From Tubulanus polymorphus (Eukaryota > Animalia > Nemertea): a DNA stretch of 64,000 nucleotides. Made by a program: the position numbers and the translations under genes. The notes beneath the pieces are model-generated. The model was not told the DNA's origin. It made no database searches and worked only from the letters and a program-made list of their open reading frames with translations. The stretch covers positions 3,534,001 to 3,598,000 of the forward strand of contig NC_134031.1 of the NCBI RefSeq assembly GCF_964204645.1, given 5' to 3'. This document shows, piece by piece, positions 1 to 14,500 of the stretch (its first letter is position 1; every line of letters starts with the position of its first letter).

Positions 1-833
1 CCGCGTGGATCCTCGTGCTCGTCACCTTCGAGCGCCTCGTCTCGGTGATCTACCCGATCAAGTCGAAGTTGCTGTGCACCGCCGAGCGGATGGCGTTCGC
101 GTTGGTCATCGTGGTGATCGCGCTGTTCGTCGCGAACTGCCATATTTTGTTCGCGCACGGGATTATCGCGCGTAACGGCGTCGACGTCTGCGCAGCGGTG
201 GAATTCGCGTCCGGTCGCGATTACGTCTATTTCTGGCGCAACATCTGGACGTGGATCGACATGGCGCTTTTATCCGGTTTGCCGTTTCTGATCATGTTGC
301 CGTGTAACGTAACGATTTTACTGAAGGTGAAATACTCGCGTAACGCGCGGATCAGAATCTGGAAGAAGAACACGCTGCCGCAAGCCGGCGGCCGCGTCAC
401 TAGCATGACGATCATGTTGCTAGTCGTTAATTTAGTATTTCTGTTGTGTACGATGCCGTTGGCTTTGTTTATGATCGCCGCCGAACCGGTTTATAGTCCG
501 CACGAGCGCGCCGTCCGTAAACTAGTGTTCGCCGTGTTGGTGTTATTGACGTACGCGAATAACGCGGCTAATTTCTGGCTGTATTGTTTCAGCGGTCCGA
601 AGTTTCGTCAGTTCTGTTTGAACATGTTGAAGCGCGATCGTCGCGTGCACCCGACGGGTGGCGCGGGCAGTTCGAGAAGCGCGAGTCGACGCAGCGTCGC
701 GAGTCGCGCTAGTCGAGCCGGTAGTATCGCGTCGATGTTGGCCGTGCCGAAAATACCGCGGTTGCTGCCGCGTCCTCCGTCTGTCGTCGTGAACGATATC
801 CCGCCCTGGGAGAGAAACTCATCGGTCGCTTGA
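1..833 (+). CDS. Rhodopsin-class (family A) GPCR, FMRFamide/peptide-receptor-like; intronless over the visible part (TM3-TM7 and C-tail), 5' end upstream of the window
   Basis: The frame is open to the window edge: AWILVLVTFERLVSV (TM3 with an ERL variant of DRY), ECL2 Cys, TM5 WIDMALLSGLPFLIMLPCN, TM6 FLLCTMP, TM7 NNAANFWLYCFSGPKFR (NPxxY and helix 8 equivalent). The Ser/Arg-rich tail ends at TGA 831-833. Confidence 0.9.
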   Translation, partial: AWILVLVTFERLVSVIYPIKSKLLCTAERMAFALVIVVIALFVANCHILFAHGIIARNGVDVCAAVEFASGRDYVYFWRNIWTWIDMALLSGLPFLIMLPCNVTILLKVKYSRNARIRIWKKNTLPQAGGRVTSMTIMLLVVNLVFLLCTMPLALFMIAAEPVYSPHERAVRKLVFAVLVLLTYANNAANFWLYCFSGPKFRQFCLNMLKRDRRVHPTGGAGSSRSASRRSVASRASRAGSIASMLAVPKIPRLLPRPPSVVVNDIPPWERNSSVA

Positions 834-1634
834 ACTATGGATAATTTAAATGTGATTTAATGACTTCTCGAAAATTTTGCATCTGACCAGAGATTTCGAT
901 TAATTGGGCATTGGCTTTGCTACTTAGGCAAACAAGGATCTGCTGAGTTCCTCAGTTTCAGCGCTTCATTTTATTTTATATTTCAATTAAATTCGAATCA
1001 ATTTTTCTAATAAGTAAATCAGTTTGTCAATGAGAAGAAATCTATACCATACCACTGATCGAGAAAGTCAATCTTATATCTATTCAATACTTGATTGATA
1101 TTATTCGGATTATTCGGAGGCCTGAAAATTCTAATTTCGTTGAAATAAACCTAAATTTCTATATATGATATATGGTACGACAAGTGACTTAATTTGTCCT
1201 TACGAATAACCTCAGTGTATTGTTGCGCCATCTGGTGTGTGCCAATAATCCATTAACAATTGTGATTGGTCTTAAATCTATAATTTGTCGTTATAATCGT
1301 TACAGAACCACAATAGAGATGTTAGAATTCCGTCAGACTATTGAACCAAAAATAGGCTTCGACTGGTTCAAGGCCCGGCTAAATTTCGTTCAAATAAATG
1401 TTTTAGCTGCCTTTGGCTACCGGTATTTCATATTTTCAATCATAATGCTGATATTTTGTTAAATTTAAAAATTATATTTATAAAGATTTAATGTTTGTTG
1501 TTAGATAGAATATTCGGTTGTTTCTGTTAGGGCTGTAAACCTATTCTCATTTAGTAAAAGTATATCTTTAAAAATTCTGGAAAAATTCTTCTTGTCTTGT
1601 CATTTTGTATTTGAAAGGATAGGTAAAAAGTTGA

Positions 1635-2626
<992 letters not shown>

Positions 2627-3000
2627 GTATACAATCATTGTAGACCGTGAAATAAATTATTCTGTGATGGAATTTATCAGTTCCTCGTCTGTGTATATAA
2701 TGGTGTTCGGGAATATTATCACTCCTCAAACTCTGGCTACTCCTCAATTTTACGAAATAGGCTACAGGGTGAACTTTAGCACGGTCGAACTATGCATGAA
2801 AACTTCCAAATCTATTGGTGAACTCAATTCAAACTAAGATTGAATGATTTTATTTTCATTTTATATCAACAATTTCGTAATAATTTATCCACGTATTTAC
2901 AATATTCTTCAACAAATATTTACATTCACCACTTCAATATTTTACGCGTATTGATCGGTGGTACATTGTAAGCCGTCTGCTGTGGCTGGATTCACAGCTA

Positions 3001-5737
3001 TCACTTCTTTCCCTGACCTTCAGGCACTGAAATGACAAAGATCGCTTTAATTGAAAAACACAGTGAACTAGATTCCGAGTGCTGGGATTAGATTTCGGGT
3101 TACAGTCAAATGATGACTCTTGAACCCGATACAGTCAGTAGTTTTCTAAACCACTTAAAAACCTGTACTGAAAAACGGTGTATTGTGCATTGTGCTTAAT
3201 ACTTCGATATTAAGGTTTGGATTAAACAGTTTGTTTTACTGCATTCGATCCATTGTTAAGTTAAACATTGCCAGATTTGAGAGAATCCTGTGTTGTGCAA
3301 AAGAGACTTTTCTATAAAAGATGGCCGCCAACAGAAACTCTCTCAACAAGTTTATTTTTAGTGAGAGAGGCGGCCATTTTTTCAGAAGGTCTATAACAAC
3401 AAATAATACAAGAAATCAATAATATTGATCCGTTTCGGAGTTAAGTAGGATTTTTGTGAATATTGTTAGATCATTGCATCCTTTAGTGCTGCCATTACCC
3501 AACAATTTCACAAACCTAGTTATTTGCCATTAATCTCTCCGTGCCCTTTTGCAATAACGCTTCGACTGAAATGAAATAGATATTTCAACACAACATATCA
3601 AAATGAAAGCACGCGACACGGTCAGTATCCTGGGGTGAGCCACGCTGTTGTTGGCACTGAATCTTTCCAATAACTTTCCGACTGATATAGTTTCATCATG
3701 TTGGATCCCACCAACTCTGAGTTAACCATCCAGTTCGGATATTTGTACGCTTGCTGACACTACGCGTGAACCATCCTACTAGGACGAGCCCGGAAATCTT
3801 TCACGCTCCAAGATAGCCCGCTCTATTTGTAACCAACATTTCTCTGTTCGCATTCGAAAAGAATTAGGAAAATAAAATCAAAATACCGGATAGTCGTCAT
3901 TTCAACTGACCTGGTTCAGAAAGTTTGATCCATATCGGTTCAGTAAGGTCATCGAGTTCCCGCTTCTGCGTAATGAAATCTTGAGTGGTTGCGTCTGGTG
4001 TGTTTTCTAACCAATCATGTTTTTCGTTGCACGCATTTACACTCAAATTCTGAATAAATGAGAGTAGATAGTAACATAGCAAGATTTTAATGCCAAACTG
4101 GCTAAAGTTTCCATAGCTAGGAAGATCTTTATATTGATGACTTACACTTCATAAATTGTTACACAAATTAGCTTTCAGAATACTGACTGAGTTTAACTGT
4201 ATTTATACAGTAGAACTTTGAAAAACAGATTTAACGGGTAGAATCAAATCAGGCATTGTTCATCCAAAAAATAATCTTGAGTTCGGACTCTACCTTATCA
4301 TCTTTAGTGAGACGACCTTGTACTTTTTCCGGGTCAGCTACAGTTTCTCGTAGATTTTTAATCGTATCTTGAAGCGCGATTTTAGCTTCTGAATATAAAG
4401 AAGACATTAATTGGAAGAACAACTAACATGAACAATGAAAACATGTGTCTATAATAATATCTAGTGTTTGTAGACGAGTTGATGGTGATGAAGTATGGAT
4501 GACAACCACCAGATATCTTATATCAATGAACAACATTGGTGAATATCTGAAAGTCTGTTTCGAAGCACTCTACCGCGGTTCCAGGGACAACATTTCAAAT
4601 GTCTTAACAAACTTTTAGGGCTAATTGATAAGAAAGGCGACTTTCCAGAATTTCCAAAAATTGTGCCTTTGTTTTACAGAAAACTGCCTTTCTTGAAGAA
4701 AAAATCCCTAAATAAATGGGTACTCAACATTCTGTGGGACTTATGGAATACTGGTAAAGCCCCCTGGATCCACCCTGGAATCAATCTAGGATCAGGAATC
4801 AGGAATACGTACCAGCCCAGTCGAGATAGTCGACGCATTCAGTTTGATTATATCGAACGGCTATTTCGCGAGGTCGTTCCTTGTTTTCCGTTCTCAGCTG
4901 TAAATCGGCACCGTTTTCCACTAAACATTTGACGACGTCGATTTTACCCCACAACGCAGCGCGATGTAACGCTGTGTAACCTGTGAAATCACGATTGAAA
5001 CGTGGATGTATATCTTCAGAGATTAGATGCCCAGGGACCAGTTGTGTAGCCGAGGCAAAGATTTAAGTCGATTTAAAATAAACTGAATTAATGAAGAAAT
5101 TAAATTGATTTTATTGGTGAACCTTGTACTGTGTATTTGGCCTATAGACAGTGGATTCTATTCAACTAAAAAAACTACTCAATACAGTGATTTTCAAAGG
5201 GGATTGTTTTTAGTTTTAGACATAGGATCAACTCCACTGATTTGGTGATTTGGTTTGATGAAATAATTATGTACTCCGAACTGAGACACAGGGCGGGTGA
5301 GAGGGGTATGTCCCAGTTGTTAATTTAACATTCATACATCATGAAAAAGAAGCAGCCTGTTTTATGGTTCAAATGACAATGTTTCACTTTTTACAGAACA
5401 GAAGGAACCAATCTGGCTGATGATGAGCACAAGAAAATGGCCAACAAACCAAACCTTTTTGATTGGCTGCATTAATTTCAACTTCGTGATTTACTAATTC
5501 CCTGGCGACTTCTATTTTTCCCAGAATGGCCACGATATCCAGGGGACTGTTGCCGTTTTCCACTCGTTTGTTCACCAGTGCATCGACCTCTCCGCGATAA
5601 ATATTGTCTTCGTTATCTTCGAAACATTCCGCAAGTCGTTGCGAATCGCCTTTAAACGCGCATTCCATCACTATATTCTTAGATTTTTCCGCGACTACTT
5701 CTGCTTCGGTATCTTTCGGACTCGGACTGTTCGTCAT
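3001..5737 (-). CDS. ANKRD45: Ankyrin repeat domain-containing protein 45-like; exons 5455-5737, 4813-4980, 4294-4388, 3911-4049, terminal exon 3001-3026 (or 3516-3565)
   Basis: All junctions are GT-AG and phase-consistent. Product includes GNSPLDIVAILGKIEVARELV..GYTALHRAALWGKIDVVKCLVENGADL..ERPREIAVRYNQTECVDYLDWAEAK..DPEKVQGRLTKDDKNLSVNACNEKHDWLE, which matches the ANKRD45 pattern (two ankyrin repeats plus RYxQTECVxxLDWA and ACxxKxxWLE). Confidence 0.88.
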
Positions 5738-6073
5738 TGTGAATATATTCGATTGTAATCGGCTGAAAGTAGGTAAAATTTAGGGCGAAACCCCGAGAAA
5801 AGCAAGAAATTGTGAACGCGGAAGCAAAAGTAGCGTCCTTAACAACAATTCAATTTTGTTTTATTGACGCATATTTTCAAAAATTCATCAAATTGTACGG
5901 AATGATAAAATTGGGTTGAAATTTACAAGTTAAACGTAGAAAGGATTAGCATTTAAGACCGAGGATATCAAAACAACGTGAAGTGATGTATGATATAATA
6001 TTTTAGAAGGTGGAGCATGCAAAGGGTGACTCCGTTGGACTGATAGTACAAGGTTCGCGATCGAGTCGAAAAC
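5738..6073. promoter_or_regulatory. Putative bidirectional promoter/5'UTR region shared by ANKRD45 and FUOM
   Basis: The two start codons diverge 336 bp apart. An ETS-like CGGAAG lies at ~5819-5824. No transcription start can be fixed from sequence alone. Confidence 0.55.
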
Positions 6074-7477
6074 ATGCCTTTGAAAGGAATACCGATGTTA
6101 TTATCGCCAGAATTGCTATATACATTGGCAAGAATGGGTCACGGTGATGAAATGGGTAAGAATGATAGATTATTATATTGCGTCAGAATAATGACAGCTC
6201 GGTCCGAAAAAGGCTCCGGCTTTGAGCAAATGGTGGCAGCACCAGCTAGTTCACGAGAGTTTGTCCCATCTTTGCGGCCTGTAACAGCGGGCACTTACAT
6301 TTTATAGGACAAATAATTCTAAACATGATTCTTATGCTTGAAATGAAACGTTTTCGAAATATTTAGTTTTAGCAGATGCCCATTTTCCAACGTCAAATGT
6401 TTGCAAAGAGGGAGGTGCTGTGGAAATCCGTGCTGATGGTAATTGTTTCTACCTGGGAGTGAGACTATGAATCAAGTTTAAACGGAACGATGACCACACT
6501 CAAACGTGGTGAACGGATAATAAGATAAAATCCCACTATTTACAGATTAAAATAATTTAAAAACAAGAATTTATTTATTAAATCTAAAATATTTAAAAGA
6601 CACGACGTTTCGATCTCACCCTAGAGATCATCGATGATCTCTAGGGTGAGATTGAAACGTCCTGTCTTTTAAATATTTTAGATTTAATAAATAAATTCTT
6701 GTTTTTAAATTATTTTAATCTGTAAATAGTGGGATTTTATCTTAAGTTTAAACGGGTTTTGAGTATTTCTTGTTCTTTTCTTATAGGTTTGTGTATCCCT
6801 GAACTACTGACTGCGATATTGAAACTATTTCCTCTTGATACTTACGATGAGAATCCGGTAAGTTTATTGGTGTTAATTGCTGCTCATGTTATCGTCGCTT
6901 CATAAGTGTTGTCGTTAAATTTGGTTTTAAAATCTTTTCTACAGGTAATTTTGATGGAATTGTGTGGATCAGATAAGGCGAAGGGATTACCAGTGCCGAT
7001 ATGGGACAAATACAAGCAGATAGTGAATGCATCTGAAAATCGAGAGGTAGCCTGTATATTAATCATCTCGATAACTATATTTGTAATTGTAAGATTGTAT
7101 TGATAAGTCAAAAACATTGGTCTCGTTTTTGTTGATTTTCAGGTCCAAACTCTCTCAATTGATCGTTTTGATTTCTATGATAGGGCTAAGAAATCATTTG
7201 CTATTGTCCATACAGGGTGAGTTTTACTGTTTGCTTCTCTTGTTAGTAGTACTGCTAAATGCCTTTTTCTCGTTTATCGAGAGCGATAATGTCTTACTGA
7301 GTTTGGGTGCACTAATGTCTTTTGTCACCCTAGGGTTCCTGTGAATTTGAATCTCTCTGTTTAGATTCCGGTTGTTTCGTCCGTTTGTGATTTTTCTTAT
7401 GGTATTTACTTTTATATTACAGGGAAACAGCGCAATATGGGAACATCATACTGAAGAAAGGTCTCGTCTTGTCTTAG
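6074..7477 (+). CDS. FUOM: Fucose mutarotase (RbsD/FucU family); exons 6074-6155, 6367-6438, 6787-6857, 6945-7046, 7143-7216, 7423-7477
   Basis: GT-AG introns, phase-consistent. Product [94 protein letters not shown] contains the RbsD/FucU motifs MGHGD, ADAHFP, FYxRA and [15 protein letters not shown]. Confidence 0.95.
6486..6743. mobile_element. Palindromic Penelope-like (pLTR-derived) insertion in FUOM intron 2, with truncated hammerhead motifs
   Basis: Near-perfect 224-bp palindrome 6521-6744 plus a 35-nt unpaired tail 6486-6520. 12-bp TSD AAGTTTAAACGG (6474-6485, 6744-6755). Each arm carries CGA-T-GATCTC-loop-GAGAT(C/T)-GAAACGTC and a downstream AATAAA. The tandem copies show the empty site. 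Confidence 0.75.
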
Positions 7478-7696
7478 TGGTCTTATTCAAGTCATTTGAG
7501 TGGTAATTTGAAGAGAACAAACTTTAGGGCTATGGAATATAATACATGTGAAATTATGTCTGTAAATGTGATTAAAAAGAAATTATTTCTGTAAATAAAC
7601 AATAAAGAATTGATACTTTAATCGCTATTTTGACATTCCTATTTATCTGTTTGGCATTTTGGTACACCTCTGTTCAGCATCCCACCTCTTTATGAA

Positions 7697-7928
7697 CGAT
7701 TGCCATCTATTGGAATTTCAATGAACTGACTATTTGTTCATCTTCCTAGTTTCTACAAAACGTTGAAATATCACTCGCCATCTAATGGGTATAATCGGAA
7801 CTAAAGTATAGTACCAAATATATTAACCAGATGGCATATGTTATTTCTACATATCGAAGACGAGAGACATTGACAAATGAACTTACTACACGTAGTCAGT
7901 TCAGCGAAATTCCAATAGATGGCGATCG
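7697..7928. promoter_or_regulatory. Cluster of four CTCF-like bipartite motifs in divergent orientation, repeated in every array unit
   Basis: Minus: AGTTCA-N8-CCAATAGATGGCAA (core 7700-7713) and AGTTCC-N8-CCATTAGATGGCGA (7775-7788). Plus: AGTACC-N8-TAACCAGATGGCAT (7824-7837) and AGTTCA-N8-CCAATAGATGGCGA (7912-7925). Confidence 0.55.
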
Positions 7929-8536
7929 AATCGGAATTGCGATCAACGGCATACGTAGGATACGCCGTTTTATCTTATATTCAACATCCAGTCCGTACAG
8001 AATCAGTATCATTACATCGGATTGGAACCTAGGACACATCTGTTCCGCAAAACCTCTATTTAGCATCCAGCTCACTCCTCAGAGGCAGCATCATCAATAT
8101 ACCGGGTTCGAACCCAGGACATCTGGCAGTTGAGTTCACGATAAACATAATAAAGAATCAAAGCAAATCGCTGCGATGAAAATACTTTTTGATGATTTAT
8201 TTCTTCAGGCATGTACAAGTACATAATCACATTTCTTTTAAATACATTTCTTTTAACAATTACCATCACGATGCATCACAAGTTAACAGTATTAATATTA
8301 ATTCACTTCTACCCACATGCACTAGACAGCACCAAACTTTCTAGATAATGATATTTCTATTCATCTATGCATGAAAAAACTTCTGGTGGTATTTTCCCAG
8401 GTAAAATGTTCATGACTAGTTAATCTGAATGAATGGCTGGCCCGAATATGAACTGTAGCTTAATGAAACCTTACCCCGAGATACAACACACTTGATTGTA
8501 AATTATAGGAATAGATATATCAATTATAATTATTAG

Positions 8537-11500
8537 GAATCAAGTTTAAACGGGTTTTGAGTATTTCTTGTTCTTTTCTTATATGTTTGTGTATCCCTGA
8601 ACTACTGACTGCGATATTGAAACTATTTCCTCTTGATACTTACGATGAGAATCCGGTAAGTTTATTGGTGTTAATTGCTGCTCATGTTATCGTCGCCTCA
8701 TTAGTGTTGTCGTTAAATTTGGTCTTAAAATCTTTTCTACAGGAAATCTTGATGGATTTGTGTGGATCAGTTAAGGCGGAAGGGATTACCAGTGCCGATA
8801 TGGGACAAATACAAGCAGATAGTGAATTCATCTGAAAATCGAGAGGTAGCCTGTATATTAATCGACTCGATAATTATACTTGTAATTGTAAGATTGTATT
8901 GATAAGTCAAAAACATTGGTCTCGTTTTTGTTGATTTTCAGGTCCAAACTCTCTCAATTGATCGTTTTGATTTCTATGATAGGGCTAAGAAATCATTTGC
9001 TATTGTCCATACAGGGTGAGTTTTACTGTTTGCTTCTCTTGTTAGTAGTACTGCTAAATGCCTTTTTATGAGTTAATATGGAGCAATAATGTCTTACTGA
9101 GTTTGGGGGCACTAATGTCTTATGTCACCCTAGGATTCCTGTGAATTTGAATCTCTCTGTTTAGATTGCGGTTGTTTCGTCCGTTTGTGATTTTTCTTAT
9201 GGTATTTACTTTTATATTACAGGGAAACAGCGCAATATGGGTACATCATACTGAAGAAAGGTCTCGTCTTGTCTTAGTGGTCTTATTTAAGTCTTTTGAA
9301 TGGTAATTTGAAGAGAACAAACTTTAGGGCTATAAAATATAATACATGTGAAATTATGTCTGTAAATGTGATTAACAAGAAATTATTTCTGTAAATAAAC
9401 AATAATGAATTGATACTTAAATCGCTATTTTGACATTCCTATTTATCTGTTTGGCATTTTGGTACACCTCTGTTCAGCATCCCACTTCTTTATGAACGAT
9501 TGCCATCTATTGGAATTTCAATGAACTGACTATTTATTCATCTTTCTAGTTTCTTCAATCGTTGAAATATCACTCGCCATCTAATGGGTATAATCGGAAC
9601 TTAAGTATAGTACCACATATATTAACCAGATGGCATATGTTATTTCTACATATCGAAGACGAGAGACATTGACAAATGAACTTACTACACGTAGTCAGTT
9701 CAGCGAAATTCCAATAGATGGCGATCGAATCGGAATTGCGATCAACGGCATACGTAGGATACGCCGTTTTATCTTATATTCAACATCCAGTCCGTACAGA
9801 ATCAGTATCATTACATCGGATTGGAACCTAGGACACATCTGTTCCGCAAAACCTCTATTTAGCATCCAGCTCACTCCTCAGAGGCAGCATCATCAATATA
9901 CCGGGTTCGAACCCAGGACATCTGGCAGTTGAGTTCACGATAAACATAATAAAGAATCAAAGCAAATCGCTGCGATGAAAATACTTTTTGATGATTTATT
10001 TCTTCAGGCATGTACAAGTACATAATCACATTTCTTTTAAATACATTTCTTTTAACAATTACCATCACGATGCATCACAAGTTAACAGTACTAATATTAA
10101 TTCACTTCTACCCACATGCACTAGACAGCACCAAACTTTCTAGATAATGATATTTCTATTCATCTATGCATGAAAAAACTTCTGGTGGTATTTTCCCAGG
10201 TAAAATGTTCATGACTAGTTAATCTGAATGAATGGCTGGCCCGAATATGAACTGTAGCTTAATGAAACCTTACCCCGAGATACAACACACTTGATTGTAA
10301 ATTATAGGAATAGATATATCAATTATAATTATTAGGAATCAAGTTTAAACGGGTTTTGAGTATTTCTTGTTCTTTTCTTATATGTTTGTGTATCCCTGAA
10401 CTACTGACTGCGATATTGAAACTATTTCCTCTTGATACTTACGATGAGAATCCGGTAAGTTTATTGGTGTTAATTGCTGCTCATGTTATCGTCGCCTCAT
10501 TAGTGTTGTCGTTAAATTTGGTCTTAAAATCTTTTCTACAGGAAATTTTGATGGATTTGTGTGGATCAGTTAAGGCGGAAGGGATTACCAGTGCCGATAT
10601 GGGACAAATACAAGCAGATAGTGAATTCATCTGAAAATCGAGAGGTAGCCTGTATATTAATCGACTCGATAATTATACTTGTAATCGTAAGATTGTATTG
10701 ATAATTCAAAAACATTGGTTTTGTTTTTGTTGATTTTCAGGTCCAAACTCTCTCAATTGATCGTTTTGATTTCTATGATAGGGCTAAGAAATCATTTGCT
10801 ATTGTCCATACAGGGTGAGTTTTACTGTTTGCTTCTCTTGTTAGTAGTACTGCTAAATGCCTTTTTATGAGTTAATATGGAGCAATAATGTCTTACTGAG
10901 TTTGGGGGCACTAATGTCTTATGTCACCCTAGGATTCCTGTGAATTTGAATCTCTCTGTTTAGATTCCGGTTGTTTCGTCCGTTTGTGATTTTTCTTATG
11001 GTATTTGCTTTTATATTACAGGGAAACAGCGCAATAAGGGAACATCATACTGAAGAAAGGTCTCGGCTTGTCTTAGTGGTCTAATTTAAGTCTCTGAATG
11101 GTAATTTGAAGAGAACAAACTCTAAGGCTATAAAATATAATACATGTGAAATTATGACTGTAAATGTGATTAACAAGAAATTATTTCTGTAAATAAACAA
11201 TAATGAATTGATACTTAAATCGCTATTTTGACATTCCTATTTATCTGTTTGGCATTTTGGTACACCTCTGTTCAGCATCCCACTTCTTTATGAACGATTG
11301 CCATCTATTGGAATTTCAATGAACTGACTATTTTTGTTCATCTTCCTAGTTTCTTCAAAACGTTGAAATATCACTCGCCATCTTATGGGTATAATCGGAA
11401 CTAAAGTATAGTACCAAATATATTTACCAGATGGCATATGTTATTTCTACATATCGAAGACGAGAGACATTGACAAATGAACTTACTACACGTAGTCAGT

Positions 11501-14500
11501 TCAGCGAAATTCCAATAGATGGCGATCGAATCGGAATTGCGATCAACGGCATACGTAGAATACGCCGTTTTATCTTATATTCAACATCCAGTCCGCACAG
11601 AATCAGTATAATTACATCGGATTGGAACCTAGGACACATCTGTTCTGCAAAACCTCTATTTAGCATCCAGCTCACTCCTCAGAGGCTGCATCATCAATAT
11701 ACCGGGTTCGAACCCAGGACATCTGGCAGTTGAGTTCACGATAAACATAATAAAGAATCAAAGTAAATCGCTGCGATGAAAATACTTTTTGATGATTTAT
11801 TTCTTCAGGCATGTACAAGTACATAATCACATTTCTTTTAAATACATTTCTTTTAACAATTACCATCACGATGCATCACAAGTTAACAGTATTAATATTA
11901 ATTCACTTCTACCCACATGCACTAGACAGCACCAGACAAACTTTCTAGATAATGATACTTTTATTCATCTAAGCATGAAAAAACATCTGGTGGCATTTTC
12001 CAAGGTAAGATGTTCATGACTAGTTAATCTGAATAAATGGCTGGCCCGAATATGAACTGTAGCTTAATGAAACCTTACCCCGAGATACAACACACTTGAT
12101 GGTAAATCATAGGAATAAATATATCAATTATAATTATTAGGAATCAAGTTTAAACGGGTTTTGGGTATTTCTTGTTCTTTTCTTATAGGTTTGTGTATCC
12201 CTGAACTACTGACTGCGATATTGAAACTATTTCCTCTTGATACTTACGATGAGAATCCGGTAAGTTTATTGGTGTTAATTGCTGCTCATGTTATCGTCGC
12301 CTCATTAGTGTTGTCTTTAAATTTGGTCTTAAAATCTTTTCTACAGGTAATTTTGATGGATTTATGTGGATCAGATAAGGCGAAGGGATTACCAGTGCCG
12401 ATATGGGAAAAATACAAGCAGATATAGTGAATTGATCTGAAAATCGAGAGGTAGCCTGGTAAATCAATCATCTCGATAACTAACTATATTTGTAATTGTA
12501 AGATTGTATTGATAATTCAAAAACATTGGTTTTGTTTTTGTTGATATTCAGGTCCAAACACTCTCAATCGATCGTTTTGATTTCTATGATAGGGCTAAGA
12601 AATCATTTGCTATTGTCCATACAGGGTGAGTTTTACTGTTTGCTTCTCTTGTTAGTAGTACTGCTAAATGCCTTTTTATTCGTTAATATGGAGCAATAAT
12701 GTCTTACTGAGTTTGGGGGCACTAATGTCTTATGTCACCCTAGGATTCCTGTGAATTTGAATCTCTCTGTTTAGATTCCGGTTTTTTCGTCCGTTTGTGA
12801 TTTTTCTTATGGTATTTACTTTTATATTACAGGGAAACAGCGCAATATGGGAACATCATACTGAAGAAAGGTCTCGTCTTGTCTTAGTGGTCTTATTTAA
12901 GTCTTTTGAATGGTAATTTGAAGAGAACAAACTATAGGGCTATTAGATATAATAATACATGTGAAATCATGTCTGTAAATGTGATTAGCGAGAAATTATT
13001 TCTGTAAATAGACAATAAAGAATTGATACAATCGCTATTTTGACATTCCTATGTATCTGTTTGCACTTTTGTTACACCTCTGTTCAGCATCCCACTTCTT
13101 TATGAACGATTGCCATCTATTGGAATTTCAATGAACTGACTATTTGTTCATCTTCCTAGTTTCTACAAAACGTTGAAATATCACTCGCCATCTTATGGGT
13201 ATAATCGGAACTAAAGTATAGTACCAAATATATTAACCAGATGGCATATGTTATTTCTACATATCGAAGACGAGAGACATTGACAAAATGAACTTACTTC
13301 ACGTAGTCAGTTCAGCGAAATTCCAATAGATGGCGATCGAATCGGAATTGCGATCGACGGCATACGTAGGATACGCCGCTTTATCTTATATTCAACATCC
13401 AGTCCGCACAGAATCAGTATCATTACATCGGATTGGAACCTAGGACACATCTGTTCCGCAAAACTTCTATTTAGCATCCATCTCACTTCTCAGAGGCAGC
13501 ATCATCAATATACCGGGTTCGAACCCAGGACATCTGGCAGTTGAGTTCACTATAAACATAATAAAGAATCAAAGCAAATCGCTGCAATGAAAATACTTTT
13601 TGATGATTTATTTCTTCAGGCATGTACAAGTACATAATAATCACATGTCTTTTAAATACATTTCTTTTAACAATTACCATCACGATGCATCACAAGTTAA
13701 CAGTACTAATATTAATTCACTTCTACCCACATGCACTAGACAGCACCAAACTTTCTAGATAATGATATTTCTATTCATCTATTCATGAAAAAACTTCTGG
13801 TGGTATTTTCCTAGGTAAAATGTTCATGACTAGTTAATCTGAATGAATGGCTGGCCCGAATATGAACTGTAACTTAATAAAACCTTACCCCGAGATACAA
13901 CACACTGGATTGTAAATTATAGGAATAAATATATCAATTATAATTATTAGGAATCAAGTTTAAACGGGTTTTGAGTATTTCTTGTTCTTTTCTTATAGGT
14001 TTGTGTATCCCTGAACTACTGACTGCGATATTGAAACTATTTCCTCTTGATACTTGCGATGAGAATCCGGTAAGTTTATTGGTGTTAATTGCTGCTCATG
14101 TTATCGTCGCCTCATTAGTGTTGTCGTTAAATTTGGTCTTAAAATCTTTTCTACAGGAAATTTTGATGGATTTGTGTGGATCAGTTATGGCGAAGGGATT
14201 ACCAGTGCCGATATGGGAAAAATACAAGCAGATATAGTGAATTGATCTGAAAATCGAGAGGTAGCCTGGTAAATCAATCATCTCGATAACTAACTATATT
14301 TGTAATTGTAAGATTGTATTGATAATTCAAAAACATTGGTTTTGTTTTTGTTGATATTCAGGTCCAAACACTCTCAATCGATCGTTTTGATTTCTATGAT
14401 AGGGCTAAGAAATCATTTGCTATTGTCCATACAGGGTGAGTTTTACTGTTTGCTTCTCTTGTTAGTAGTACTGCTAAATGCCTTTTTATTCGTTAATATG

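Noticed and set aside
6074-7477. Bacterial fucU/rbsD horizontal transfer
   Set aside because: Five canonical spliceosomal introns and animal-type neighbours; FUOM is a normal animal gene.
8100-8122. tRNA T-arm/B-box-like GGGTTCGAACCCAGG in each array unit
   Set aside because: No A-box, D-arm or acceptor stem can be folded around it, so it is not a tRNA gene.
7831-8269. Recurrent 100-aa (MAYVIST..) and 65-aa (MMVIVKR..) ORFs in each array unit
   Set aside because: No recognisable domain, the 100-aa ORF is frameshifted or truncated in several copies, and recurrence is explained by the tandem duplication.
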